Positions 28,457-36,918 of a DNA stretch of 64,000 nucleotides are shown here, one piece after another; within the stretch, counting starts at the first letter, position 1, and every line of letters begins with the position of its first letter. Where the stretch lies: NCBI RefSeq assembly GCF_053078305.1, contig NZ_CP166879.1; one strand, given 5' to 3'. The position numbers and the translations under genes are program-made. Below the pieces are notes generated by a model. That model was not told the origin of the DNA, did not search any database, and worked only from the letters and a program-made list of their open reading frames with translations.

Positions 28457-28640
28457 GGGTCCTTTCCGGCATATGGACCCGTTACGGGGCGGCGACCTCG
28501 CGGATTTTCACTATTTATGAAAATTTTCCGGGATCCATGTCCGGTTTCTCTGCAAGTTAACCATATGAAAAATATAAAAACATGCTTTCCATGAACCGGA
28601 CATGCGCAAAAAATAGACACTAAAACCGGACATGACCGGT
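28457..28640 (+). promoter_or_regulatory. Helper cos site (cosQ side, cosN, cosB)
   Basis: GGGTCCTTTCCGG...CCGTTACG then GGGCGGCGACCT (28487-28498, the lambda cohesive-end sequence as recalled), then CGCGG..TATTTATGAAAATTTTCCGG. Three AACCGGACATG repeats at 28536-46 (inverted), 28594-604 and 28624-34. Confidence 0.85.
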
Positions 28641-28681
28641 TTTGTTGTGATTGTGAGGTGAGAGTTTTTGCGAGGTGAGGA

Positions 28682-29191
28682 GTGGCTACGCAGACTGAAG
28701 TTGCCAGGCATTTAAGTCTGACCGATCGCCAGCTTCGCAGATTGCAGAAATTGCCGGGTGCCCCGATATCGAATAAGCGAGGGCAACTGGATCTGGATGC
28801 CTGGCGCGATTTTTACATATCGTATCTGAGAAGAAGTAAAAACGATGTGCCTGATGGCGATAGCGAAGACGACTATGAGGAGAAATTGCTTATTGCCAGA
28901 TGGGAACTGACAGCAGAACAGGCTGTTACACAGCAGTTAAAAAATGAGGTGTCAAAAGGAAAACTTATTGACACCGGGTTCTGTATTTTTGCCCTCAGCA
29001 AGCTGGCAATGGCGTTATCCAGTACGCTTGATTCCATCCCTTTATCCATGCAGCGACAGTTTCCTGATTTAACACCGCGCCATCTTGACCATCTGAAAAC
29101 CCTTATTGCGAAGGGGGCAAATCAGTGTGCGCGGGCGGGGGATAAATTACCGGATTTACTCGATGAATATATCAGAGCAACAACTGAATAA
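28682..29191 (+). CDS. nu1: Terminase small subunit (Nu1 family C-terminal part, distinct N-terminal HTH)
   Basis: GTG start. The C-terminal part FCIFALSKLAMALSSTLDSIPLSMQRQFPDL...LLDEYI aligns with recalled lambda Nu1. Confidence 0.8.
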   Translation: MATQTEVARHLSLTDRQLRRLQKLPGAPISNKRGQLDLDAWRDFYISYLRRSKNDVPDGDSEDDYEEKLLIARWELTAEQAVTQQLKNEVSKGKLIDTGFCIFALSKLAMALSSTLDSIPLSMQRQFPDLTPRHLDHLKTLIAKGANQCARAGDKLPDLLDEYIRATTE

Positions 29192-31091
29192 TATGATGAG
29201 CGCTGTCACAACAGCATTACAGCCCCTGATAAGGGCATTGCCGGTGACGCCAGTTGAATGGGCTGATCAAAATTATTATCTGCCTAAAGAATCTTCATAT
29301 GGTGAGGGAGAATGGAAAACGCTGCCGTTCCAGATCGCCATCATGAACAGCATGGGGAATGATCAGATCCGGACTGTTAATCTGATTAAATCTGCCCGTG
29401 TTGGCTATACAAAGATGTTGCTGGGAGTCGCCGGGTATTTTATTGAGCATAAATCCCGAAACAGTCTGCTTTTTCAGCCCACGGATTCTGCCGCTGAAGA
29501 TTTTATGAAGTCTCACGTGGAGGCGACGATTCGCGATGTTCCCTGCCTGAAAAAACTTTCTCCCTGGCTGGGACGTAAACATCGTGATAATACCATCACG
29601 CTGAAACGCTTTTCATCGGGTGTGGGTTTCTGGTGCCTGGGTGGTGCGGCAGCAAAAAACTACCGTGAAAAATCCGTGGATGTGGTCTGCTATGACGAGC
29701 TTTCCTCGTTCGAGCCGGATGTTGAAAAAGAGGGCTCGCCAACCCTGCTGGGGGATAAGCGTATTGAGGGCTCGGTATGGCCAAAATCCATTCGCGGCTC
29801 GACGCCAAAAATAAAAGGTTCCTGCCAGATCGAAAAAGCGGCCAACGAGTCGGCGCATTTTATGCGTTTTTATGTGCCCTGCCCACACTGCGGGGAGGAG
29901 CAGTATCTGAAATTTGGCGATGAGTCCACGCCTTTTGGCCTTAAATGGGAGAAGGACAGCCCCGAAAGCGTTTTCTACCTCTGTGAACATCATGGCTGCG
30001 TGATCCATCAGTCTGAGCTTGACCAGAGCAACGGGCGGTGGATCTGTGAAAACACGGGGATGTGGACCCGTGATGGTCTGACGTTTTTCAGCGCTGCGGG
30101 TAATGAAATTCCACCGCCGCGCTCCATCACGTTCCACATCTGGACGGCGTACAGTCCGTTCACCACCTGGGTACAGATAGTCTATGACTGGCTGGATGCA
30201 CTGAAAGATCCCAACGGCGTGAAAACCTTTGTGAACACCACGCTGGGCGAGACCTGGGAAGAGGCCGTGGGCGAAAAACTCGATCACCAGGTGCTGATGG
30301 ATAAGGTTGTGCGTTACACAGCGGCGGTGCCTGCCCGGGTGGTTTATCTGACGGCGGGTATTGACTCGCAGCGAAACCGTTTTGAGATGTATGTCTGGGG
30401 ATGGGCTCCGGGAGAGGAAGCCTTTCTGGTGGATAAAATCATCATTATGGGGCGTCCCGATGAGGAAGAGACGCTGTTACGTGTGGATGCGGCGATCAAC
30501 AAAAAATACCGCCATGCAGACGGAACCGAAATGACCATTTCCCGTGTCTGCTGGGACACAGGGGGGATCGATGGCGAAATTGTCTATCAGAGGTCAAAAA
30601 AACACGGTGTTTTCCGGGTGCTGCCGGTAAAAGGTGCATCTGTTTATGGCAAGCCGGTGATCACCATGCCAAAAACCCGCAATCAGCGGGGCGTGTATCT
30701 GTGCGAAGTGGGGACGGACACCGCAAAAGAAATTCTCTATGCCCGTATGAAAGCCGATCCCACGCCTGCGGATGAAGCCACGTCGTATGCCATCCGTTTT
30801 CCTGATGATCCGGAGATTTTTTCGCAGACAGAGGCGCAGCAACTGGTGGCGGAAGAGCTTGTGGAGAAGTGGGAAAAAGGAAAGATGCGTCTGCTGTGGG
30901 ATAACAAAAAGCGGCGTAACGAAGCGCTGGACTGCCTGGTGTATGCCTACGCGGCATTACGTGTGTCCGTGCAACGCTGGCAGCTTGATCTGGCTGTACT
31001 GGCAAAATCCCGGGAAGAAGAGACGACCCGGCCAACCCTTAAAGAACTGGCAGCGAAGCTGTCCGGAGGAGTGAATGGTTACAGTCGCTGA
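29163..31091 (+). CDS. A: Terminase large subunit gpA
   Basis: MNISEQQ...VEWADQNYYLPKESSYGEGEWKTLPFQIAIMN...KNYREKSVDV..YDEL is collinear with recalled lambda gpA throughout. Confidence 0.95.
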   Translation: MNISEQQLNNMMSAVTTALQPLIRALPVTPVEWADQNYYLPKESSYGEGEWKTLPFQIAIMNSMGNDQIRTVNLIKSARVGYTKMLLGVAGYFIEHKSRNSLLFQPTDSAAEDFMKSHVEATIRDVPCLKKLSPWLGRKHRDNTITLKRFSSGVGFWCLGGAAAKNYREKSVDVVCYDELSSFEPDVEKEGSPTLLGDKRIEGSVWPKSIRGSTPKIKGSCQIEKAANESAHFMRFYVPCPHCGEEQYLKFGDESTPFGLKWEKDSPESVFYLCEHHGCVIHQSELDQSNGRWICENTGMWTRDGLTFFSAAGNEIPPPRSITFHIWTAYSPFTTWVQIVYDWLDALKDPNGVKTFVNTTLGETWEEAVGEKLDHQVLMDKVVRYTAAVPARVVYLTAGIDSQRNRFEMYVWGWAPGEEAFLVDKIIIMGRPDEEETLLRVDAAINKKYRHADGTEMTISRVCWDTGGIDGEIVYQRSKKHGVFRVLPVKGASVYGKPVITMPKTRNQRGVYLCEVGTDTAKEILYARMKADPTPADEATSYAIRFPDDPEIFSQTEAQQLVAEELVEKWEKGKMRLLWDNKKRRNEALDCLVYAYAALRVSVQRWQLDLAVLAKSREEETTRPTLKELAAKLSGGVNGYSR

Positions 31092-31281
31092 ACTGCAGGC
31101 GCTGCGTCAGGCGCGCCTTGATTTATTAACCGGTAAACGGGTGGTGTCTGTCCAGAAAGATGGTCGCAGAATTGAATATACGGCGGCCTCTCTGGATGAG
31201 CTTAACCGTGCGATCAATGATGCTGAGTTGGTACTGGGGACAACCCGCCGTCGCCGTCGTCCGCTGGGAGTGAGGTTATGA
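31075..31281 (+). CDS. W: Head-tail joining protein gpW
   Basis: 68 aa in the lambda W position, with a basic C-terminus. Confidence 0.8.
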   Translation: MVTVAELQALRQARLDLLTGKRVVSVQKDGRRIEYTAASLDELNRAINDAELVLGTTRRRRRPLGVRL

Positions 31282-32098
31282 AACGAACGCCTGTCCTGAT
31301 TGATGTGAACGGCGTTCCGCTTCGGGAGAGCCTAAGCTACAACGGGGGCGGCGCAGGATTTGGCGGGCAAATGGCAGAGTGGTTGCCACCCTCGCAGAGT
31401 GCCGATGCGGCCCTGCTGCCCGCGTTGCGTCTGGGGAATGCCCGTGCAGATGATCTGGTGCGCAATAACGGAATAGCGGCCAATGCGGTGGCCCTGCATA
31501 AGGATCACATTGTCGGGCATATGTTTCTGATTAGCTACCGTCCGAACTGGCGCTGGCTGGGGATGCGGGAGACCGCGGCAAAAAGTTTTGTCGATGAGGT
31601 GGAGGCGGCCTGGTCAGAATACGCAGAAGGGATGTTTGGTGAGATCGACGTGGAAGGGAAACGCACGTTTACGGAATTTATCCGTGAAGGTGTGGGCGTT
31701 CATGCGTTTAACGGCGAAATCTTTGTGCAGCCGGTCTGGGATACGGAGAGCACGCAACTGTTTCGTACGCGTTTTAAAGCCGTGAGTCCGAAACGGGTGG
31801 ACACGCCAGGACACGGTATGGGGAACCGTTTTCTGCGGGCCGGTGTGGAGGTCGATCGATATGGTCGTGCCGTTGCGTACCATATCTGTGAGGATGATTT
31901 TCCTCACTCCGGGAGTGGACGATGGGAACGGATCCCGCGTGAACTTCTCACCGGGCGTCCGGCCATGCTGCATATTTTCGAGCCGGTGGAGGACGGGCAG
32001 ACCCGTGGGGCCAATCAGTTTTACAGCGTCATGGAACGGCTGAAGATGCTCGATTCCCTGCAGGCAACACAGCTTCAGTCGGCCATTGTTAAAGCCAT
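31278..32098 (+). pseudogene. B: Portal protein gpB, 5' part (about 273 codons), interrupted by island insertion
   Basis: Lambda B-like up to ...TQLQSAIVKA, then 17 unrelated codons and a stop at 32150. Confidence 0.9.
32091..32098. repeat. attL core (AAAGCCAT)
   Basis: Identical octamer at 43930-43937. TATG follows 1 nt downstream at both junctions. Confidence 0.7.
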
Positions 32099-32227
32099 TT
32101 ATGTCTATCATCTCCCCGTAGTTGTCCGCATCGTTCGCCAACTCCACTGAAACCCTTGCTGCGGCTGGAATGTCGTTTTCCATACTTTTGATGACCGTTC
32201 ATCACACTTCCAGGTTTTCGCGGTTTT

Positions 32228-32280
32228 GTGTATTGCAATGTGTATTGCAAATTGGCGATCGGGATGGGTGTGTATTGCAA
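32228..32280. repeat. GTGTATTGCAA repeats (candidate integrase arm-type sites, left arm)
   Basis: Three copies at 32228-38, 32240-50 and 32270-80. Two more lie at 43835-57 near the other end. Confidence 0.5.
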
Positions 32281-32298
32281 ATCTCTTGAGGGCTGTTA

Positions 32299-33540
32299 AT
32301 GGCTATTGAAAACAAACTCAGTGACAAACTGTTAAAGAGTCTTGTCGGAAAACGGCAGGACAAACAAAAAACAATAGCGGATGGGCGCGGGTTGTCTGTG
32401 CGTGTAAGCATGGTTGGGGGGATCAGCTTTGTTTTTTACTATCGTCTTGGTGGCAGGGAATCCCCTCCGGTATGGCTTACACTTGGGCGCTATCCTGATA
32501 TGTCTCTTGCAACAGCCAGGCGCATGCGTGATCAGTGCCGTGAGTGGCTGGCTGAAAATCTGGACCCCCGCAGGCAAATAAAACTTGCCGCCGAAAAAAC
32601 CATGCAACCAGTGACCGTAAGGGATGCGCTGTTTTACTGGTACGACAATCACGCCACAACAGCCAGAAAAGAGCATGAATATTTAATAAAACGATTTGAA
32701 AAGCATATCTTCCCCTATATCGGTGATATGGCTATAGAACAGTGCAAATTACACACATGGCTTGCCGTCTTTGACAGGATCAAAAAAAATGCGCCTGTTA
32801 TGTCTGGTGCAATTTTTCTTGATATCAAACAGGCGTTGCGTTTTTGTCGCGTCAGGCAATACATCGCGTGCGATCCCTTTGGCGATATTAACGTAAGTTA
32901 TGTCGGGCGCTCATCCGGTATAAGGGATCGCGTTCTTAATATCAATGAAACAGCGGATGTATGGTCTTATGCTTACGGTAATAATTTGCTGACACTGTCA
33001 TCAATACATAACAGAAGAATAATGGTTATCTGCCTGGTGTTTGGTTGCCGTCAGCAGGAGGCGAGGTTATCCACATGGGACGAATGGGATTTAAAAAACT
33101 GGGTATGGACAGTCCCAAAAGAGCACAGCAAAAACAAGGAGGCCATAGTAAGGCCTGTTCCTGACGGCATAAAACAATGGCTCGTTAATCTTTACGCAGA
33201 AACAAAAAATCGCGGTTATGTTGTCGGTTGTGCTTTGCAAAGGGCGACAATAACAGGGGCTGCAAACAGAATATGCAGGCGTCTTGGTCATGATATTAAT
33301 GGCTTGTGGTGCATACATGATTTCAGGCGCACATTTTCCACTGCGCTTAATGATATGGGGGCGGATCCTTATATTGTCGAACTTCTTTTAGGTCATAAAG
33401 TGAAAGGGGTTGCCGGTGTTTACAATAAAAGCAGGCATATAAAGAAAAAACTTGAGGTGCTTAATATGTGGGTTAATTACCTTAATACGATAGCAGGATT
33501 TAACAACAACGTTATCGAGCTTAATAAAGAGGTGGTGTGA
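32299..33540 (+). CDS. int: P4-type tyrosine integrase
   Basis: 413 aa. N-terminal KLSDKLLKSL...DGRGLSVRV...FVFYYRLGG (DUF4102-like arm-binding domain). C-terminal HDFRRTFST...LLGHKV..VAGVYN. Confidence 0.9.
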   Translation: MAIENKLSDKLLKSLVGKRQDKQKTIADGRGLSVRVSMVGGISFVFYYRLGGRESPPVWLTLGRYPDMSLATARRMRDQCREWLAENLDPRRQIKLAAEKTMQPVTVRDALFYWYDNHATTARKEHEYLIKRFEKHIFPYIGDMAIEQCKLHTWLAVFDRIKKNAPVMSGAIFLDIKQALRFCRVRQYIACDPFGDINVSYVGRSSGIRDRVLNINETADVWSYAYGNNLLTLSSIHNRRIMVICLVFGCRQQEARLSTWDEWDLKNWVWTVPKEHSKNKEAIVRPVPDGIKQWLVNLYAETKNRGYVVGCALQRATITGAANRICRRLGHDINGLWCIHDFRRTFSTALNDMGADPYIVELLLGHKVKGVAGVYNKSRHIKKKLEVLNMWVNYLNTIAGFNNNVIELNKEVV

Positions 33541-33541
33541 T

Positions 33542-33799
33542 ATGGCAATTTATTCTCTTGTTGATGAAAACGATTTGCGCACAATGAAGGACATTGATCG
33601 GTTCATTCGTGAAAAAGAGTGCATAGCACTTACCACGCTGGCAAACTCAACACGCTGGAAAATGGAGCAGGCAGGTAAATTCCCGCGACGTATCAAGATC
33701 GGTGAACGTGCGGCAGGGTATCGACTTTCAGAGGTTCAGGCATGGATCCGTGGTGAGTGGCATCCTGGATGGAAACCTGGAAAAACAAAACAGCAATAA
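33542..33799 (+). CDS. alpA: AlpA-family regulator/excisionase
   Basis: 85 aa with ...STRWKMEQAGKFPRRIKIGERAAGYRLSEVQAWI, the AlpA/Vis-type HTH. Directly after int. Confidence 0.75.
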   Translation: MAIYSLVDENDLRTMKDIDRFIREKECIALTTLANSTRWKMEQAGKFPRRIKIGERAAGYRLSEVQAWIRGEWHPGWKPGKTKQQ

Positions 33800-33812
33800 C
33801 CAGTAAATAACG

Positions 33813-33834
33813 CCCCTCATCAAGAGGGGTTTTT
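33813..33834 (+). terminator. Intrinsic terminator after alpA
   Basis: CCCCTC-ATCAA-GAGGGG followed by T5. Confidence 0.6.
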
Positions 33835-33853
33835 GTCTATAGGGTAAAACGCG

Positions 33854-34432
33854 ATGAATAAAAATATTGCCGTGACGGGCAAGGGGTACGCTCGTCCAGT
33901 GAAAAAATTCTGTGATATTCGTGATCTTGTCGTTCTGCGCTTTGATGGTGTGAGCGTTCGCGTGGTGTATGTGAACGGCGATCCGTGGTTTGTTGCCGTT
34001 GACGTGTGCGCTGCGCTGGAAATTGTTGATCACAAGGTTGCGTTACGCCGTCTCGATGATGATGAAAAGGGGGAGTGTTTAATACCCACCCCAGGTGGAA
34101 ATCAAACAATGCGAACGGTATGCGAGTCAGGGTTCTACAAACTAATCGCCAGAAGTCGGAAAGCTGTTACTCCTGGCACGTTCGCCCGTCGTTTCAGTAA
34201 CTGGGTATTCAGAAATGTGATACCAGGTATCAGAAAAACGGGGGCTTATGGTATCCCGTGGGGGGCATTACAGGATTTTTCCCGCCGTAAAGAGCAATAT
34301 CAAATAAGTGCCAGCGAGAAGGGGAGGGAGCTACAGGCATGTAAGCGCAAAAAACGTGAACTGGAGGAAGAAGAAAAAAGGCTGATACGTGAATATCAGC
34401 CTGAGTTTTACTTTGGTGAGCGTATTCAGTAA
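33854..34432 (+). CDS. BRO-N domain protein (antirepressor-like)
   Basis: ...LRFDGVSVRVVYVNGDPWFVAVDVCAALEI...GGNQTMRTVCESGFYKLIARSR, a Bro-N pattern. Confidence 0.65.
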   Translation: MNKNIAVTGKGYARPVKKFCDIRDLVVLRFDGVSVRVVYVNGDPWFVAVDVCAALEIVDHKVALRRLDDDEKGECLIPTPGGNQTMRTVCESGFYKLIARSRKAVTPGTFARRFSNWVFRNVIPGIRKTGAYGIPWGALQDFSRRKEQYQISASEKGRELQACKRKKRELEEEEKRLIREYQPEFYFGERIQ

Positions 34433-34770
34433 CCACACGCGGTGCTGATTATACGGTACATCGTGTTAACCGAGAAGCTACCCACCAGCAAGGCAAAATC
34501 TTCTGCTAAAAAATGACATATGGCCAGTCGTCCGGAAAGCATGAAATTTTACAAAAATGGAAAATGAAGATTTTTATTGTGCTGGTGGGTAAAAACAAAA
34601 AGCGCCCCGTTGCCGGAGCGCCCTTGTGAACAATTAACCTGCTGCGAAAAAATTGGATCAGTGCAGGGAAATTATATCAACTGTGTGAAGAAGCGCCACA
34701 ATTGCCAGTTTAGCTTTGCGGCGAACGCGTCAATAAAGAATATTCTTTCTTTAAATTCTGTTTGTGTATT

Positions 34771-34800
34771 TTTTCGTAGTTTTTCGTAGTTTTTCGTAAG
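34771..34800. repeat. Three tandem 10-bp repeats TTTTCGTAGT
   Basis: Exact 10-bp periodicity. The same CTACGAAA half site forms a palindrome at 43442-43458. Confidence 0.6.
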
Positions 34801-34895
34801 GAGAAAGAGCGGCGCGTATGCACCGCTAAGGAGTTTATTTTCATGACTTATGCAGCTTTCAATCTTAGCACCGCCGTAGCTGGTGGACAAGGCTA

Positions 34896-35123
34896 TCAGC
34901 CAGGCGGTCGGTTTTTAGTGGCTTTTAACCGCCGTGGGTATTTCTCGACAAAATCTTCAAGGGCAAATTTTTCTGGTGGCACTAAGCGCGGCGCTGGTGG
35001 TGGTATTTTTGTTCTGGTTAGTTCTTCCTCAAGTCTGGCGCAGGCTTCTAACTGCCTTTGCCGGATGATTTCATCATCTTGCGTTTGCGTGTCTTGTATT
35101 GGTGATAGTGTGTTGTTGGTCAT
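34896..35123 (-). CDS. Hypothetical protein (second gene of the leftward regulatory operon)
   Basis: 75-aa ORF downstream of the RHH gene. Confidence 0.4.
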   Translation of the reverse strand: MTNNTLSPIQDTQTQDDEIIRQRQLEACARLEEELTRTKIPPPAPRLVPPEKFALEDFVEKYPRRLKATKNRPPG

Positions 35124-35180
35124 GATACTGCCCTGTAAAGCAATGCGCCGGAGTACCTCACGCCACGGCGCTGATAGTGA

Positions 35181-35486
35181 TTATTCTGATTCTTGGGTCT
35201 TGCGACGCTGGAGTTCTTCGCGTGCAACGGTGACAAGTTGCCCGATTTCTTCCGCTGCTTTGATGCCGATTTGTTCGACCTTAGCCAGAGCATCCAGTGA
35301 AGACACAAGGGGATTTTCTCCGCTGCCTTCTGCCTGGCGGCGGGCGATTTCACCGCGCATGGCGGTTACTATGAATCCGGCGTTGCTTTCACCGTCCAGT
35401 TTTACGGATTCCATGCCTTCAATAACATCATGCGGGATCCGAGCTGTCAGTGATTGTGATTTTGCGTTTTTTGAACCTGTAGCCAT
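35181..35486 (-). CDS. Ribbon-helix-helix (Arc/CopG-like) regulator
   Basis: ATG at 35486 with RBS GAGAGGA. N-terminal KSQSLTARIPHDVIEGMESV beta-strand/helix pattern. Divergent from the rightward operon. Confidence 0.55.
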   Translation of the reverse strand: MATGSKNAKSQSLTARIPHDVIEGMESVKLDGESNAGFIVTAMRGEIARRQAEGSGENPLVSSLDALAKVEQIGIKAAEEIGQLVTVAREELQRRKTQESE

Positions 35487-35507
35487 CTGTAATCCTCTCA
35501 ATGAAAG

Positions 35508-35576
35508 TGTAAGACAATATACACATAAAAAGTCTTACATAAAAGCATTGACATGTAAGCCACCTATAAATAAAGT
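35508..35576. promoter_or_regulatory. Operator palindrome plus rightward promoter
   Basis: TGTAAGAC (35508-15) and GTCTTACA (35532-39) form an inverted repeat. TTGACA (35548-53), 17 bp, TAAAGT (35571-76). Confidence 0.45.
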
Positions 35577-35805
35577 TACTTACACCTTGTTAATGCAAGG
35601 TGCAGAAACGACGAAACCCGGCAGTGCGCTAACACTAACCGGGCTTCTAACCACCAACGATAGAAAGCGTATCGAGGTAGCTATGAGAAATCATACCACA
35701 CACCCGCAAGGGCGGGACTCGCACAACCTGAATAAATACATCTGGCGTTTTCTGGCCCGAAAAAACCAGTTGATCGCCAGTGTCGAAAATAGCTATGATT
35801 CCCGC

Positions 35806-35883
35806 GCACCTCATAAAACGGGTGCCGGGATTGGCGTCCTGGGCAAAACTGAAGCGCATAACACGCGCCCCGCGTGTTTTTTT
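35806..35883 (+). ncRNA. C4 / IsrK / P4-CI-like small RNA element in the island leader
   Basis: GCACC-TCATAAAACG-GGTGC; CCGGGA-TTGGCG-TCCTGG; ACACGCG-CCC-CGCGTGT plus T7. Loop 2 is complementary to ACGCCAA at 35963-69. Homologous to 6877-6801. Confidence 0.55.
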
Positions 35884-36045
35884 GTGCCGCATAGTCACAC
35901 CTTATCAATGGTGGGCTGTACGGGGGCGGAGCAATCCGCGCCGGTTTCTTCAGTGTCCGGTTACGCCAACCCTGTACAGTCCGCCACCAGCGAAATTGGC
36001 GTTTCCGGTGGCGGTTATCTTAACCACACTGAGGAGGCTGCCAAC

Positions 36046-36237
36046 ATGGCTACTATCCCTACCCTTGTACATTCTCAAACCGCCTTTCTCTGGCGCTTTA
36101 TCATCTTTGGCGCGTCAGACCATCAAATCATCCACGTCACCGCCTGGACGGAACGCGAAGCGCGTAGCCGTTGCCCGTCCGGTTGTGTTGCTGTATTCGC
36201 CGCCCGTATTCGTCAGGAGGTGTGCCATGTGCAATAA
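36046..36237 (+). CDS. Icd-like small protein (host cell-division inhibitor family of P1/P4-type elements)
   Basis: RBS GAGGAGG. MATIPTLVHSQTAFLWRF...VTAWTEREARSRCPSG... Has the same first 7 codons as the helper rha gene. Confidence 0.5.
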   Translation: MATIPTLVHSQTAFLWRFIIFGASDHQIIHVTAWTEREARSRCPSGCVAVFAARIRQEVCHVQ

Positions 36238-36484
36238 AACCACACCGGACGCAGCCGCCGCGCTCACTACACTGATGCACGCGCTGATTGATATTTCTGT
36301 TATTGCTGACAGGGCGCATAAGCACGCCACCAGTGAAACAGAATATGCCGGGGCTTTCGTTCCTCATTCGCTGGCGGTTATGCAACTTAGTGCTGATATG
36401 GCGCTGAATGAGGCCAAAGCTATCCTGATTTCTGATTGTGAAAATGGGGGGGGGTTATGCGTGATGATCGTTTTAATGCCCTGA
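36227..36484 (+). CDS. Hypothetical protein
   Basis: 85 aa, RBS AGGAGG. Overlaps the icd-like stop. Confidence 0.4.
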   Translation: MCNKTTPDAAAALTTLMHALIDISVIADRAHKHATSETEYAGAFVPHSLAVMQLSADMALNEAKAILISDCENGGGLCVMIVLMP

Positions 36485-36678
36485 AACAGGAGTTTGATGG
36501 TGCGCCTGATGATGCAGGTGATGCGCTTTCGTCAATATCCGAACTGATAAGAGTGGCCTTTTTCTTACTTGGCACGAAAGAATATAAATCAACTGGAATA
36601 GACGTACTGAATATTACTGCTGATTATGCGGAATATATGGCAGAAGTGGATTTAAGAAAGATAACGGACAGGGGGTAA
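36457..36678 (+). CDS. Hypothetical protein
   Basis: 73-aa coupled ORF. Confidence 0.4.
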   Translation: MRDDRFNALKQEFDGAPDDAGDALSSISELIRVAFFLLGTKEYKSTGIDVLNITADYAEYMAEVDLRKITDRG

Positions 36679-36679
36679 T

Positions 36680-36913
36680 ATGCGTGATATTTACCACGAA
36701 ACAATAGACCGCGCATTTAGTGCCCTTGCTTACGCTGAAGGTATGTACGAAATATTGCAAATGTGTCTGGAAACATTTGGCGATAATGAGCGTGATGTAA
36801 AGAAGGCGCGGATTATTAAATCACTGATAACTCTCCTTGAACCTGTAATAACAGAGTTGCAGGAAATAGACTTATTGCACGACAGATATAACGAACAGCA
36901 CACCGGAGAATAA
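36680..36913 (+). CDS. Hypothetical protein
   Basis: 77-aa coupled ORF. Confidence 0.4.
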   Translation: MRDIYHETIDRAFSALAYAEGMYEILQMCLETFGDNERDVKKARIIKSLITLLEPVITELQEIDLLHDRYNEQHTGE

Positions 36914-36918
36914 AAATA

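Noticed and set aside
28188-28594. ORFs of 110 and 69 aa across the helper cos region
   Set aside because: They read through cosQ, cosN and cosB, a known non-coding packaging site.
34843-36237. 464-aa ORF, the longest in the island's left part
   Set aside because: It runs antisense through two better-supported minus-strand genes (34896-35123, 35181-35486). It also crosses the divergent promoter and the structured RNA leader with an internal T7 terminator. Only its last 63 codons (the icd-like gene, with its own RBS) look coding.
35780-36484. 234-aa ORF overlapping the leader and the icd-like gene
   Set aside because: It is an alternative frame across the RNA element. Only its last 85 codons (from 36227, with RBS) are kept as a gene.
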